This document shows, piece by piece, positions 18,750 to 29,200 of a stretch of 64,000 nucleotides of DNA. Origin of the DNA: a virus (lineage: Duplodnaviria; Caudoviricetes); the IMG/VR virus record IMGVR_UViG_3300046460_000097; one strand, written 5' to 3'. Made by a program: the position numbers and the translations under genes. The notes beneath the pieces are model-generated. The model was not told the DNA's origin. It was given only the letters and a program-made list of their open reading frames with translations, and did no database searches. Positions within the stretch are counted from its first letter, which is position 1, and every line of letters starts with the position of its first letter.

Positions 18750-18813
18750 TTTGCATATGTATAGGGGATCCAAGCCATCGGGTCCCCATTCACTTTTAGG
18801 GGAATGGAAGCAA

Positions 18814-19176
18814 ATGGAAAGCTCTAACATCGTGCTGGTAGTATCTGACAGCAACTTCATGAACCTCTGTAAAGATCCGTTCGAATACATTACTCAGTTG
18901 AAAACTCGTTTGGCCGAACGCGCTAAGGGCGCCATTACCCTGTTCACTGTTTCGGGTAAGTACGGCCTCAGCAACATCGATTCCACGCTTCCTGTTATCC
19001 CGGTTGACGACAAGAACAAAACACTGTTCGGTCAGACGCTGGAAAACGCGACCATGATGTTCGACGAACTGTTGACCATCACTGTTTCACAAAACGATCC
19101 GTTCCTCTCGACGGCTTGTGAGGTGGTTACTAACGCCAACAAGACCATCACGAAGTACGGCTACCAGAGGAAGTAA
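18814..19176 (+). CDS. Hypothetical protein
   Basis: ATG 18814 with GGA RBS; 120 aa. Confidence 0.65.
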   Translation: MESSNIVLVVSDSNFMNLCKDPFEYITQLKTRLAERAKGAITLFTVSGKYGLSNIDSTLPVIPVDDKNKTLFGQTLENATMMFDELLTITVSQNDPFLSTACEVVTNANKTITKYGYQRK

Positions 19177-19178
19177 TC

Positions 19179-19865
19179 ATGGCCAAGGGCAACCGTAAGG
19201 AGGCCGAGGAGTTTGTACTCGGCTTCATGGGTGAGCTGACAGAGGGCGGTGGTAACCGGGTCATTTACTCTCGTTTGTTCGAGGCAATGAATGATGCTCA
19301 GTTTGGTGACTTTGTTGATAAGGTCGAACAACTGGGCTCTCTGTCAATCTGGGGTAGCAACTATAACCCCAAGGAAATGATCCACTACGAAAACCTCTTG
19401 CGTATCAGCAAGAAGTACGGGGTGGAGATCGAACAGCAGTTGATCGTGTTCGATGAAGAAACCGGCATCAAGTCCATGACTCCCTACAAGGCAATCGTGG
19501 GCACTGGCGAACTGCGTAAGCAACGTCAGATGTGGGTGAAGAAGTTCTCCGCTGCAAAGGACGACCACTCCATCGACGACCTCACCGGGCAGGTAATGGG
19601 CGACTCTCGTTCCACTGGTATCAGTCAGCCTGAAATCACGGTGTTGCGTAACCTCGGTTTGACCATCATGGCCAACGAGCTGTACAACGTGAAGGGCGGT
19701 GACCTGCAAGCATTGCGTTCCTACAAGAACGACCTGCTGACTACCGGTAAGACCAACACCAATGCCAGCCTGCAAAAGGGTGACATTGCCAAGTCGTTGA
19801 AGACTGCTCACTACCTGTTACGGGCTCGTGGTATCGACAACAACATGAACAAGCGTTACGGGTGA
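19179..19865 (+). CDS. rpoB: Virion RNA polymerase beta subunit, C-terminal fragment (phiKZ gp149-like)
   Basis: 228 aa; IDDLTGQVMGDSRSTGISQPEITVL and ELYNVKGGD correspond to the RpoB C-terminal region (TG.Y...TQQP...GEME..AL / E.LT.KSDD). Confidence 0.8.
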   Translation: MAKGNRKEAEEFVLGFMGELTEGGGNRVIYSRLFEAMNDAQFGDFVDKVEQLGSLSIWGSNYNPKEMIHYENLLRISKKYGVEIEQQLIVFDEETGIKSMTPYKAIVGTGELRKQRQMWVKKFSAAKDDHSIDDLTGQVMGDSRSTGISQPEITVLRNLGLTIMANELYNVKGGDLQALRSYKNDLLTTGKTNTNASLQKGDIAKSLKTAHYLLRARGIDNNMNKRYG

Positions 19866-19868
19866 TCT

Positions 19869-20285
19869 ATGGATGACATGCTGCACATTAAGTTGGTGGT
19901 TAACAACGCGATTGTTGACATGCAAGCCGATCCCCGGCCGGAACTGAAGCTGCCGTTGTCGAACCTGTTCATCAAGCCCCTTGCCAACTTCGGGCCTGGT
20001 TACGACGTGTTCATCGCTTCCATTGGTTCCGATGCAGCCGCGTATGACCGCTGGTTGAACCTTCAGATGAAACTGGTGACAGACTTCGGTCCTCAGCGGG
20101 AAAAGCTGATGGAAGAGTTCATGCAGGTGTTCAAGGACGTTATCTCCCAGACACCGGGTGGCGAGTCTCATACCACTCACGATGATGTCAACTCCATCAG
20201 TTTCCAGTTGGCGTTGATGCTGCGTGTGTACGGTGATTCCATTTCCTTGGAAACTCCGCCAGCAACAGCAGGTAAACAGAAATGA
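19869..20285 (+). CDS. Hypothetical protein
   Basis: 138 aa, tightly packed; ATGA overlap with next gene. Confidence 0.7.
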   Translation: MDDMLHIKLVVNNAIVDMQADPRPELKLPLSNLFIKPLANFGPGYDVFIASIGSDAAAYDRWLNLQMKLVTDFGPQREKLMEEFMQVFKDVISQTPGGESHTTHDDVNSISFQLALMLRVYGDSISLETPPATAGKQK

Positions 20286-21019
20286 ATCGGGTGTTGAAGG
20301 TTTACACCGAACTTGATTCGCTCTATGACTATCGTCGTGGGCTGTTGCAACTGTTGATGACTCCGAACATTTCTGACGACGCGCAACGCAAGTCAACGGG
20401 TGATACCCTGTGGCTGATGCATGTCGAAAAGAACTACAAGGAGCGTCGTTACGACACGTTCGAACATGCGTTCTTCAATATCAACCGTGAGAAGTTTGAC
20501 GAGTTGTATGAGAAGCGCACGATCTCCGACTGGTTGATGTATTACCCGTCGAACTTTCAGCGAGACTTCGTCAAGACACTTATTGACTTGGAAAAGTTGG
20601 GCGACAAGCCTATCAACATTCAGACCGTGGAGTTGTACGTTAACTGCAACCCTTACGTACTGGATGATGAACTGAAAGACATGTTTGTTAAGCACTGCAC
20701 TGCCGCGTTTAAAGGGCTTGTGAGCGTGAAGTTGGTTGAGTCGGATCCTTCGACCCATGACGCCAACTACTACAAGCAGTTCAACTACGTGTTCAAGTAC
20801 GACGCAATCATCGGGAAAGGTTCCAAGGCTCTGATGGATTCCATTAAGGGCAACCCTATTCCTGATACAGCCTTTGTCATTCCTGATATCTTGGCTAACA
20901 AGACTGATGAGTTTACAGGTAGCAACACGGACCTGATCTTCAGTATGTCGGTTACACTGGGTACCGTGATTAAACTGGTTCCCATCAAGCATCAGTTCTA
21001 CGACTATGGCGCGGAATAA
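20282..21019 (+). CDS. Conserved hypothetical protein, possible degenerate HAD-like fold
   Basis: 245 aa; N-terminal VYTELDSLYD resembles HAD motif I (hhhDxD..L.D) with D to E. Confidence 0.55.
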   Translation: MNRVLKVYTELDSLYDYRRGLLQLLMTPNISDDAQRKSTGDTLWLMHVEKNYKERRYDTFEHAFFNINREKFDELYEKRTISDWLMYYPSNFQRDFVKTLIDLEKLGDKPINIQTVELYVNCNPYVLDDELKDMFVKHCTAAFKGLVSVKLVESDPSTHDANYYKQFNYVFKYDAIIGKGSKALMDSIKGNPIPDTAFVIPDILANKTDEFTGSNTDLIFSMSVTLGTVIKLVPIKHQFYDYGAE

Positions 21020-21027
21020 TGAACCTA

Positions 21028-21056
21028 CTAGAGTAGAGGCAATGCCTCTACTCTAG
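21028..21056. terminator. Bidirectional terminator
   Basis: Perfect 13-bp stem CTAGAGTAGAGGC-AAT-GCCTCTACTCTAG plus T tract. Confidence 0.8.
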
Positions 21057-21078
21057 CTTTTATCTATGGGGATTGTTT

Positions 21079-21651
21079 TTACACGGCTTTACCATCGATA
21101 TCGACGATCTGGATACCTTGTGTCAATTCGTCAGGTTTGATAGGTGCAATGTTGTCGTTATCGCCCAGCAGAGACTTGCTAGGGTCGAGCAGGAACGTAC
21201 CGATCTCGAACACAGGCACGGCGATGGCACCAGAGGAGATACTCTTCATGGCTTCCAGCATCTGGTTGAAAGCAACGACGTTGTGTTCGCCTTCTTTCTT
21301 CTTGGCCTTTTCTTTACGGTTATCGCGGACAACCTTTTCCATGTGGCCGAGCAGAGACGTTACACCTTCCAGCAACGAAGCACTACCCGGTTTAGCCAGA
21401 TACTGTTGCATGGCGTATTTCAACAGCAAGGCACGGTTGGCCTGAATAGCGTCAACCAATTTATTTTGGTCTTCGTCTTCCAGATCCATCTGGAGTGACT
21501 TTTGTAATAGCAACAACACGCTTTCTACTTCAGCGTCTTCGATGCGATGTTTCGCGTCAACCATTGGAGTGTCGGCAAAAGGACTTGGCTCTTTGATCGG
21601 TAGCGGGGTTACATTGATCGGGGTGTCAGCTGTATTAATTGGGGTGTCCAT
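21079..21651 (-). CDS. Conserved hypothetical protein
   Basis: 190-aa ORF filling the gap between terminator and divergent promoter. Confidence 0.7.
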   Translation of the reverse strand: MDTPINTADTPINVTPLPIKEPSPFADTPMVDAKHRIEDAEVESVLLLLQKSLQMDLEDEDQNKLVDAIQANRALLLKYAMQQYLAKPGSASLLEGVTSLLGHMEKVVRDNRKEKAKKKEGEHNVVAFNQMLEAMKSISSGAIAVPVFEIGTFLLDPSKSLLGDNDNIAPIKPDELTQGIQIVDIDGKAV

Positions 21652-21664
21652 GATTTTTCAAACC

Positions 21665-21672
21665 TATATTAC
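21665..21672 (+). promoter_or_regulatory. phiKZ-type early promoter (TATATTAC)
   Basis: TTTTTCAAACCTATATTACTAG. Confidence 0.75.
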
Positions 21673-21699
21673 TAGTGGGACATATGTTGGGGATATTAA

Positions 21700-22338
21700 A
21701 TGGAGCTGACTAAACAGTCTGTGCTCAAGCTTTTGAGTCGAGTTCCTTTTGTTGGGAACTGGGCACAGCTTGAACACTGTAAATGGTTGCTTACGCAATT
21801 CGATCAAGTAGAGCGAGGATTCAACTCTCCTTCGATCAGATTTGCCGATGCATTAAAGCTTCTATACGATAATCTGCTGGAGACCTCTCAGCTGCATTTT
21901 GAGGAGGACTTCAAGTGGTTTAATACCATTGAGCTAAACACCTTTACAAAAACGTCTGGTGAGGCTCACAGGTTGTTAGAGGCGTTGCACAAAGGAAGAA
22001 CGGTAGACGTCGAAGACTTTTATCGTAGTCATGAAGTCAGGAAGAGTGTGGGCTTCATGCAATGGTACAGTAGTAGTTACACGTTGGATCTTTTCTTCGC
22101 TAATGGGGTTAGCACGATTGGGATGTATTGCGAGACGAATGCCGAACAGGTATCCGTTGAACAAGCGCTCGTCGCTAAGAAGAGACCGTGGAATCCACCG
22201 CTTGACGCATTCCTTGCGAGCAGATATTTCAAAATGATGGTGGAAGATCTGATCACCGTTGCTCGCATTGTAGTGCATTCACAAATAAGGGTGCTAAATG
22301 GAGAAGTCCAGAAAGCCACTAAAGGGAAGTCAGCTTAA
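21700..22338 (+). CDS. Hypothetical protein (early)
   Basis: 212 aa, GGGGA RBS, AT-richer codon use. Confidence 0.7.
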   Translation: MELTKQSVLKLLSRVPFVGNWAQLEHCKWLLTQFDQVERGFNSPSIRFADALKLLYDNLLETSQLHFEEDFKWFNTIELNTFTKTSGEAHRLLEALHKGRTVDVEDFYRSHEVRKSVGFMQWYSSSYTLDLFFANGVSTIGMYCETNAEQVSVEQALVAKKRPWNPPLDAFLASRYFKMMVEDLITVARIVVHSQIRVLNGEVQKATKGKSA

Positions 22339-22741
22339 CAGTATTTCGCAGAAGTATGTGGAAGATGACCAACTACAGGACATTCCTGCACGCTTGTTTC
22401 GAAAGCTGTTAAAGAAGATGGACATGAATCCTCGCAAGTGGGTCAACTACCTGCGGGACTATCTTGACTGGGTGATTACAACGAAGGACCCTGACAAGGC
22501 GAAGGCGGATCGCATCACACGTACTGGTAACATCAAGGACACTTACTTCCAGAAGCCCACGTTGACGTTTAACAAGCTGTTGGAAGGGGTGTCAATTTTA
22601 CGTATGGAGTCGTGTGAGATCACAATCACCGTCAGGGACACTGAGGGCAACGAATATGTGGTGTCCGAAGTAACGCGTATCGTTGGTAAAGATCGTAAAG
22701 ACCAGCCGGTTTATAAAGACGATCAGCCACCCGATCAGTAA
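22298..22741 (+). CDS. Conserved phiKZ-like hypothetical protein
   Basis: 147 aa; PARLFRKLL...W..YL..Y...GNI....PTLTFNKL pattern; overlaps upstream gene by 41 nt. Confidence 0.7.
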   Translation: MEKSRKPLKGSQLNSISQKYVEDDQLQDIPARLFRKLLKKMDMNPRKWVNYLRDYLDWVITTKDPDKAKADRITRTGNIKDTYFQKPTLTFNKLLEGVSILRMESCEITITVRDTEGNEYVVSEVTRIVGKDRKDQPVYKDDQPPDQ

Positions 22742-22752
22742 CGGGGTTATAG

Positions 22753-22774
22753 GGCAGGGGGTTATTCCCCTGCC
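22753..22774 (+). terminator. Intrinsic terminator
   Basis: GGCAGGGG-GTTATT-CCCCTGCC followed by T-rich run. Confidence 0.6.
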
Positions 22775-22813
22775 TAAACTCTCTTTATTTTTTTGTTTAA
22801 AGAGGAACTTCCC

Positions 22814-23917
22814 ATGGATCTATTTCAGGGACTGAGTTTAGACAAGTCGGTCAGCTCGTTCCAAAACAGTACCAACTCTGCCATGAAGGGGGTCAAGGAA
22901 AACAACCTGACGCCGGCAGACGTTACCACTACCAACATGAAGCAAGGGACTGCACTCAAGACCGCTCGTGATACGGGCGTGACGGGTACTATCACTGGCT
23001 ATCGTTCTGCCGTGGTAGAGCAACTCGACGGTATCATTGGTGCTCTGTCTGGTGGCTTCCTGAACACCAAGGCGATTACCAAGAGTATCAAGGTAGGACG
23101 TGACGGGGTAACCTTCAGCGATGATGCTCTGTTTAAGGCTGTAGGCGGTGCTGCGGGTGTTAACGTTAGCAGCCAAGGCGGTGCCATGCGTAAGCTGCAA
23201 CAAGAGCTGGCACAAGAGTTCAAGGCTATCACAGGCCTGAACATGGGTAGTCTCATTACCAACGATGGTAAGAAGTTCCGCGTCAGTCCTAACTGGCGTA
23301 GTTCCATTGGCCAACAAACCATTCGTATGTTTGGTAAAGCGGCTGGTGTGGACGACCTGTTGGACGTGAGCGCTAAGGGCGCCTTCTACAACGCGGTATT
23401 CAAAAGTTCCGTTTACATGGGGATGACTGACAGTTATCCGAAGATGTGGAACTCTTATCCGAAAGGGTTTGAGTTGATTCGTCGGGATGCTGCGCTGGAG
23501 GCCATGCGTACGGTTATCACGAATGGTGATATCGAGAGTTTCGATGCCATGCTCAAGTTGTTCGATACCAACACCAAGACGGTATTGTTGAGCAAGTATC
23601 CGACCTTCGTGACTATCCTGTTCAGTAACTTTCGTTTCGACCGGGACGTTATCCCAGAAGACTACGCGATCTTGCGTGGTAAGTTGCTGACCATTCTGGA
23701 AGACCTCATTGGTCCAGAGTGGTGGCTGAAGCAAACTTACTTCGGTAAGGTACTCGACCTTGGTTTGGTTAACAAGGCAAGTCCTGACATGATCAAGTTG
23801 CTGCAGCCGGTAGACGATTTGGCAGTGTTGCTGTGTACCGCCAATAAGTTCAGTGACGGCAGTGCGTTGGCACAGTTGAAACGTGACTTCCCAGGCGCAC
23901 CGAAGTACGCGTTCTAA
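22814..23917 (+). CDS. Putative virion structural (tail) protein
   Basis: ATG 22814 with GAGGA RBS; 367 aa; adjacent to tail lysin/baseplate genes. Confidence 0.6.
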   Translation: MDLFQGLSLDKSVSSFQNSTNSAMKGVKENNLTPADVTTTNMKQGTALKTARDTGVTGTITGYRSAVVEQLDGIIGALSGGFLNTKAITKSIKVGRDGVTFSDDALFKAVGGAAGVNVSSQGGAMRKLQQELAQEFKAITGLNMGSLITNDGKKFRVSPNWRSSIGQQTIRMFGKAAGVDDLLDVSAKGAFYNAVFKSSVYMGMTDSYPKMWNSYPKGFELIRRDAALEAMRTVITNGDIESFDAMLKLFDTNTKTVLLSKYPTFVTILFSNFRFDRDVIPEDYAILRGKLLTILEDLIGPEWWLKQTYFGKVLDLGLVNKASPDMIKLLQPVDDLAVLLCTANKFSDGSALAQLKRDFPGAPKYAF

Positions 23918-23925
23918 TAACAAGT

Positions 23926-23965
23926 TATAACCCCTCCCACTCCTTTCGGGGTGGGAGGGGTTATA
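23926..23965. terminator. Bidirectional terminator (ATAACCCC family)
   Basis: TATAACCCCTCCCACTCC-TTTC-GGGGTGGGAGGGGTTATA. Confidence 0.8.
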
Positions 23966-23981
23966 GTTGCTTCTTGCTTTT

Positions 23982-26159
23982 TTATCGGGAGATTGGTTTG
24001 GTGAAGATGTGGGCGAGGTCGCCGATGATACTGTCCGATACCTTGGAGGCGATGTTGTCAGCACGGATACTTTGTTTCATATCCAATGCCAAGCCAGTCA
24101 GGTTACGGTTCAACCTGGCATACTTCATCACGGTGTCGAGGTAGTTAATACCAGTGATACGTGAGAGGTAGTTGTTGTAGGCGGTGTCGTCGTTGAAGAT
24201 ACGGTTGGCCACCTGAGACGGACTGGTCAGATCGAGCAGGCTCATGGAACGGTCGATAGGCACCGATACCAGCGGCTCCAAGTCAACGATGGTGAAATCG
24301 ATCTTCAGGTTCAATGGCTTACGGTCAATCGTCCAGCCGGCATCACCCTGACCAAAGGTAAAGGTGCAACTTTCGATCATGCCGGTACGGATAACGGAAC
24401 GACCTTGGCAGAAGGCTTTAACCATGAACGGCGAGGTGTAGGAAGAACCACCCGCACTGAACGCGGCTACCAACGGCAGGAACAAAGCGAACGGAACCCA
24501 GATCTTCATGATCTGTTCATACGGGTGAGCGTAGTTACAAGTCGAGAAGATGGAGTAGCTTTCTTTGTGCAGGTTGGAAGTCGAACCGTCCCAGTGATCA
24601 GGAATCTTCACGTAGGAGTTGTTCGCCATTGCCAACGGGATGTTCCCGATAACAGTACCCGACAGAGCACCGATACCTGCGTCCTTGATGACGTTAACCA
24701 CACCGTCAATAATACCAATACCCGTAGCACCACCAGCGATGTCGAACTTGAAGTCGTTCGCCGCTTTAACGATGGAGTTGAACTTCTCGGCCATGGGCGA
24801 AGGGGTATGGGAGTTGGAGAAGCTATCCGTTGTAGGACCTTGTGCCCCATCTACACGCCAAGTCACTGCGTCTAAGCCGCCAGCAAAGGCGGTCTGTACC
24901 AAGTCCAGTACGTCACCAGCCCAAGTACGGTCGTTAGGGTTGTCGTCGTAGTTGATCTTCTCGCCGTTGGCGAATGCGTTCTCTCTTCCGTTAGCCGACG
25001 CAGGTTGGGCGCGCTGTCCCGCTTCATTTGGATTGAGAGAAGGAGTTCCGCCAGTATTGGCTTCACTCATGGTCTGCATCCCAGTTACCTGAGGACCGGC
25101 ACCCCCAGTACTAGCGCCACCTTTTTCGAAAGAAGCCAGACCGGCGCCTTCAGTAGAGACGTTGGCGTATGCGTCTTCGTTGATGTAGGCGCTGTCTTGC
25201 TCGACGTGACTACCTTCCGTTTCACTACGGTACTTACTGACCGAGTTCATCTCAGCTTCGATGAAGTCTTGTGTTGGGTTACCTGCATACACGGTGTCAT
25301 CGAAAGTGATCTCTTCCATCACCTGTTGCGCACGGGTGAGTTTCTCGGCAGGTGTGTTCAACACCTCGTTATCGAGCTTCGCCAACTTCTGCAACATGAC
25401 CCGGTGCTTACGAACACCCTTCATGATCAGTCGCATCAAGTCGATCGTACCGTCGGCGTTAATAACGTCGGGGAACAACAGACTCAGGTCAGAGACCGCC
25501 TTGGTGTTGTTGTAAGCGTCGTTGTCAGGCTTGAACCCGTACATCGGGTCCGTTTGTTCTTGGTTGCGCTTAGGCAACACAGGATCGATGTAGCCCAACT
25601 TAACCATGAGATCGTTGAGCACACCAGTCGCCGCCATGGTGTACGCACCCATCGCAGGCTTAACAGTGTAGAAGTTGTTCTTAGGCGAGTCCGTCAAGAA
25701 TGCCAAGAACTGGATACTCACACTCACCAACTGCATAGGCCAGAAAGCGATAGCGCCAGCCGCTTGACCCATGTAGTAAGCCAGACCTGGAGCACGACCT
25801 TTGTTCGCAATGATCGCCGCAGTAGGACTGAACATGTTGGTAATGAAACTCAACAGGCCAGCAAACTGCGCAACACCCGGGGTAAGTGTCAACAGAGTAA
25901 CGTTGTTCTCGTAGACCTCTTTGTACATGCTACCCATGCCGCCATCACGCGATTCCATGAAACGACTGTAACGCGGATCGGTAGCGGGACTGGACTGGGG
26001 AATAGGGTTGATGTAACGGTTGTCGCCTGTCGCGCTGCTGAACACGTTGAAGTAGCGATCCCAGTCCAACTGTTGCAGAAGGTCACTGGGAGGAACACCA
26101 CGAGTTAGCAGACGGAACGATTTGGTAATAATGTCTTTATCACGTGCACTGACTGCCAT
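23982..26159 (-). CDS. Virion tail/baseplate structural protein (phiKZ gp182-like)
   Basis: 725 aa immediately downstream of the tail lysin; C-terminal SPF..KAFCQGR..IR.GMIES.TFT.G motif. Confidence 0.7.
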   Translation of the reverse strand: MAVSARDKDIITKSFRLLTRGVPPSDLLQQLDWDRYFNVFSSATGDNRYINPIPQSSPATDPRYSRFMESRDGGMGSMYKEVYENNVTLLTLTPGVAQFAGLLSFITNMFSPTAAIIANKGRAPGLAYYMGQAAGAIAFWPMQLVSVSIQFLAFLTDSPKNNFYTVKPAMGAYTMAATGVLNDLMVKLGYIDPVLPKRNQEQTDPMYGFKPDNDAYNNTKAVSDLSLLFPDVINADGTIDLMRLIMKGVRKHRVMLQKLAKLDNEVLNTPAEKLTRAQQVMEEITFDDTVYAGNPTQDFIEAEMNSVSKYRSETEGSHVEQDSAYINEDAYANVSTEGAGLASFEKGGASTGGAGPQVTGMQTMSEANTGGTPSLNPNEAGQRAQPASANGRENAFANGEKINYDDNPNDRTWAGDVLDLVQTAFAGGLDAVTWRVDGAQGPTTDSFSNSHTPSPMAEKFNSIVKAANDFKFDIAGGATGIGIIDGVVNVIKDAGIGALSGTVIGNIPLAMANNSYVKIPDHWDGSTSNLHKESYSIFSTCNYAHPYEQIMKIWVPFALFLPLVAAFSAGGSSYTSPFMVKAFCQGRSVIRTGMIESCTFTFGQGDAGWTIDRKPLNLKIDFTIVDLEPLVSVPIDRSMSLLDLTSPSQVANRIFNDDTAYNNYLSRITGINYLDTVMKYARLNRNLTGLALDMKQSIRADNIASKVSDSIIGDLAHIFTKPISR

Positions 26160-26192
26160 TTAAAAAATCTCGCATTGGGTAAAGAAAAGAAA

Positions 26193-26215
26193 AGGTCGGG
26201 AGTTTCCCCCCGACC
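26193..26215 (-). terminator. Intrinsic terminator
   Basis: AGGTCGGG-7nt-CCCGACCT with U tract on minus strand. Confidence 0.65.
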
Positions 26216-26220
26216 TGAGT

Positions 26221-29200
26221 TTACACAGTCACAGATGGACCAGTTGGCTTACCGTTGCTGTTGATCTGGAGCAGTTGCTCGTGGATCGCTTTCAGCAAGG
26301 CGTTCTGTTGTTCACCGAGCGGTTGCATTACTGCCGCAACTGCTTCACCCACTGGCTGCTGTTCCACTACAGGGGATTCCTTATAGCTCGGACCAGGCAG
26401 AGGCAGAGGTGTTTGATTAGGCTGAGTAACCTGATCGTAGGTTTTAGGCGCACCAGGCGACTTACCGTATCCTTCTGGCATCGGTTGTTGCTGAGGCGCT
26501 CTAGGAGCACCACCGTTAGGCAGAGGAAGACCAGTGTAGCCATCAATCGATGCAACAGCGTTACCATTCACCAGCGGTTGCTTGGCATTCTCAGCAGCAG
26601 CCTTAATCATTTCTGGCGTAGCTACTGTCGAGGTGTCAGGTGGAGCAGAAGGCATGCCACTTGGAGCGGCTTCTGCCTGAGGTTCTGCACCTGTGCCACC
26701 TGGTAGTGTGTCTTGCCCGTTCTCTTGGTTTGCACCCGCCGCTGCAGCATACTTATCCGCTGCCTCTTTGGACTTAAACCCAACGTGCACGTGACCACCA
26801 GTAGCACCCGCTGAAGCTTTACGGTATTCGTTGATGATCAAGAAGTCAGCAGGCACCATACCGGCAGAACGAAGGATCTCGTTTACCACACCTACCGCTT
26901 GGTCACTTCCGTTAATACCGTTGGTCAGTGTGAAGTCCAACGCCAAGCCTACAGCATGCTTAGAGTTAGGCTTCTTGTTACGGTGATAAGCGTCGTTCAA
27001 AGCAGTGAACTGCTTGAAGTTCTGCACACGCGATTGAATGATGCTCGCCAAACGAGTGATAGCCGGATGAGACGGACCACCAGCAATGGTTTCAGACGAC
27101 TTAAGCCGTAGACCGCCGTTGTTAATCCCTACACCACCACCTACCAGTGAAGTACCTTCACCACCACCGCCACCATAACTACCGCCATCTGGATTACCAC
27201 CCGGAGCGATCATGCTTGGGGGAGTTCCGTAAGCACTGCTGTTACGCAGGCCACCGCCAGGGGCTGCACCCATAGAAGGTGTGTTACCACCGATCATAGG
27301 GGCCGAACCACCACCCGCACTGCTACCGCCACCACTTGGAGCCCCGCCACCGTACATCGATCCAGCTGTCTGAGAAGCCGACGCGTTGGTACCCGCCGCA
27401 CTTTCTTCATCCGCCTTCAACGAACCACTCTGAAGTTGCTTCAGGTAGTCGGTGTAGAGCGCAAAGCGTTTAGGCATGCCAGGCAGTTGGTTACCACCGT
27501 TCAAGCCTGTAGCCGCAGTACCGAAGTCACCGGACTGTGTAATGCTTTGCAACAGCTTACTGTTCTTGTAGAAGTTGACAGCAATAGCCGCCATTACGTT
27601 TGGATCGTTGGAAGCAAGCTCTGGTTTGTTCTCCAGATCAATGCCCAGCTGCTGACCGATCTTCGCATACTTCTCGCGACCTGTCAGTTGAACGAATCCT
27701 CGACCACGATACTTCCAGCCATCGCCGGGAGCTTTGTTACCGAGAGACTGCCCTTTACCACCGCCATAGACCGTGTTCGCAATAGCCACTTCGCCAGCCT
27801 GAATCAACTGACGAGCCTGATCAATGTTGGTGACTTCCTTAAAGGTCTTCACCAAGTTCTCAGGGCTAGTGTACTTCATGTTTTCAACAGTTTTGCTGTA
27901 ACCACCTGTTTCGTAGTTGGTCAGCGCCAGCATCTCAGCGATTGCACGAGGGTCAGTGAAGCCTTGTTTCAACATCTCGCGAATGATCAACTGTTCTGCT
28001 AGATTCTTCGGAACCTTCACGCCGTGGTCATCACCACCGTCAGCAGGGCGAACCCCGCTCAAGTCCAAGTGACTAGTATCGCTACTGCCAGTCAGAGGTT
28101 TGTACCCGTACTTGTTCTCAGGCGTCTGATAAGCACCCAGTTGGTTATAGGTGTTACCAGTACCCGCACCACGAGTAGTGTTGGTCCCGTACATGCCGCC
28201 CAGCGCCACATCACGAGTGCTCTTCGCCTGATCTGCAGTTTGGGTGTTAGCCTGCTTCTCAGTGAAACCACCGCCCGTCTTGTGAGGGGAGATCGTGTTA
28301 GCCCACGCTTGTGTACTGGTTTTACCCGCTTCGCCTTCAGGGTCTTTCATCTTCGCAGTAACGGAAGCTTCACCCAGCAGATTCAACATCCGTTCGACCT
28401 TAGCCGACTTGTCTGGGGAAGTACCGTCTTTAAACGGAGACGCACGCACGTTCCAGATAGAGGTAGAAGTGTTAGAGAACCACCCCGAGATCTCTACCTG
28501 AGTTTCGATCAACTTACGAGCGATTTCATAACGAGCGGTTACCGACAGGGTCTTCCAAACTGCGCCCGGCAAACCTTTACGGTAGGCTTGCATTGCACTG
28601 ATGTAACTAGACATGACAGGAATGAAACGATCACGGAACCAGAGGCACCAGTCGTCTGCATCACCCTTGTCCAGTCGGAAGGACTCTTTGAACAAACCAA
28701 AGATGTCACCCACCAAACCCTTGAACTCGATCTTGTCACCAGAGATGACGAACAGGGATTCGCAATAACGCTCAAGCTTCAGCACCGCCTCAACACGCCA
28801 GAGCAGATCTTGGTCGTTACCGTAGCACGCCAACCGGATACCCGTCAGCAGGTCAACAGGACGATCATCAGGGAGCATGTCCTTAATGAACACTTGAGCA
28901 ACCGCAGGAGCCACTTTGTAGGTGGTGTTCAGCTGTTGCAATTGTCCGTCGATAGCTGCCAAACGTTTCTTGGCTTCTAGACGTGCGCCACCCGGATCTT
29001 CCTCGTTAGCAAACGCTTTACGAGGATCGGCGAGTTGTGCTTCGAGCTTGGCCTTCTCTGCCTGCAATGCACCAGCACCCATGGCGGTGACTACAGTACC
29101 CTTATCCTCACCTTCAGTTTTGCGGTCAATGTAAACGCGCAATTCTTCCAGCAAGTTGTTGACTTTGATGACGGTGATCTTCTCGCCCATGATAGGCGTA

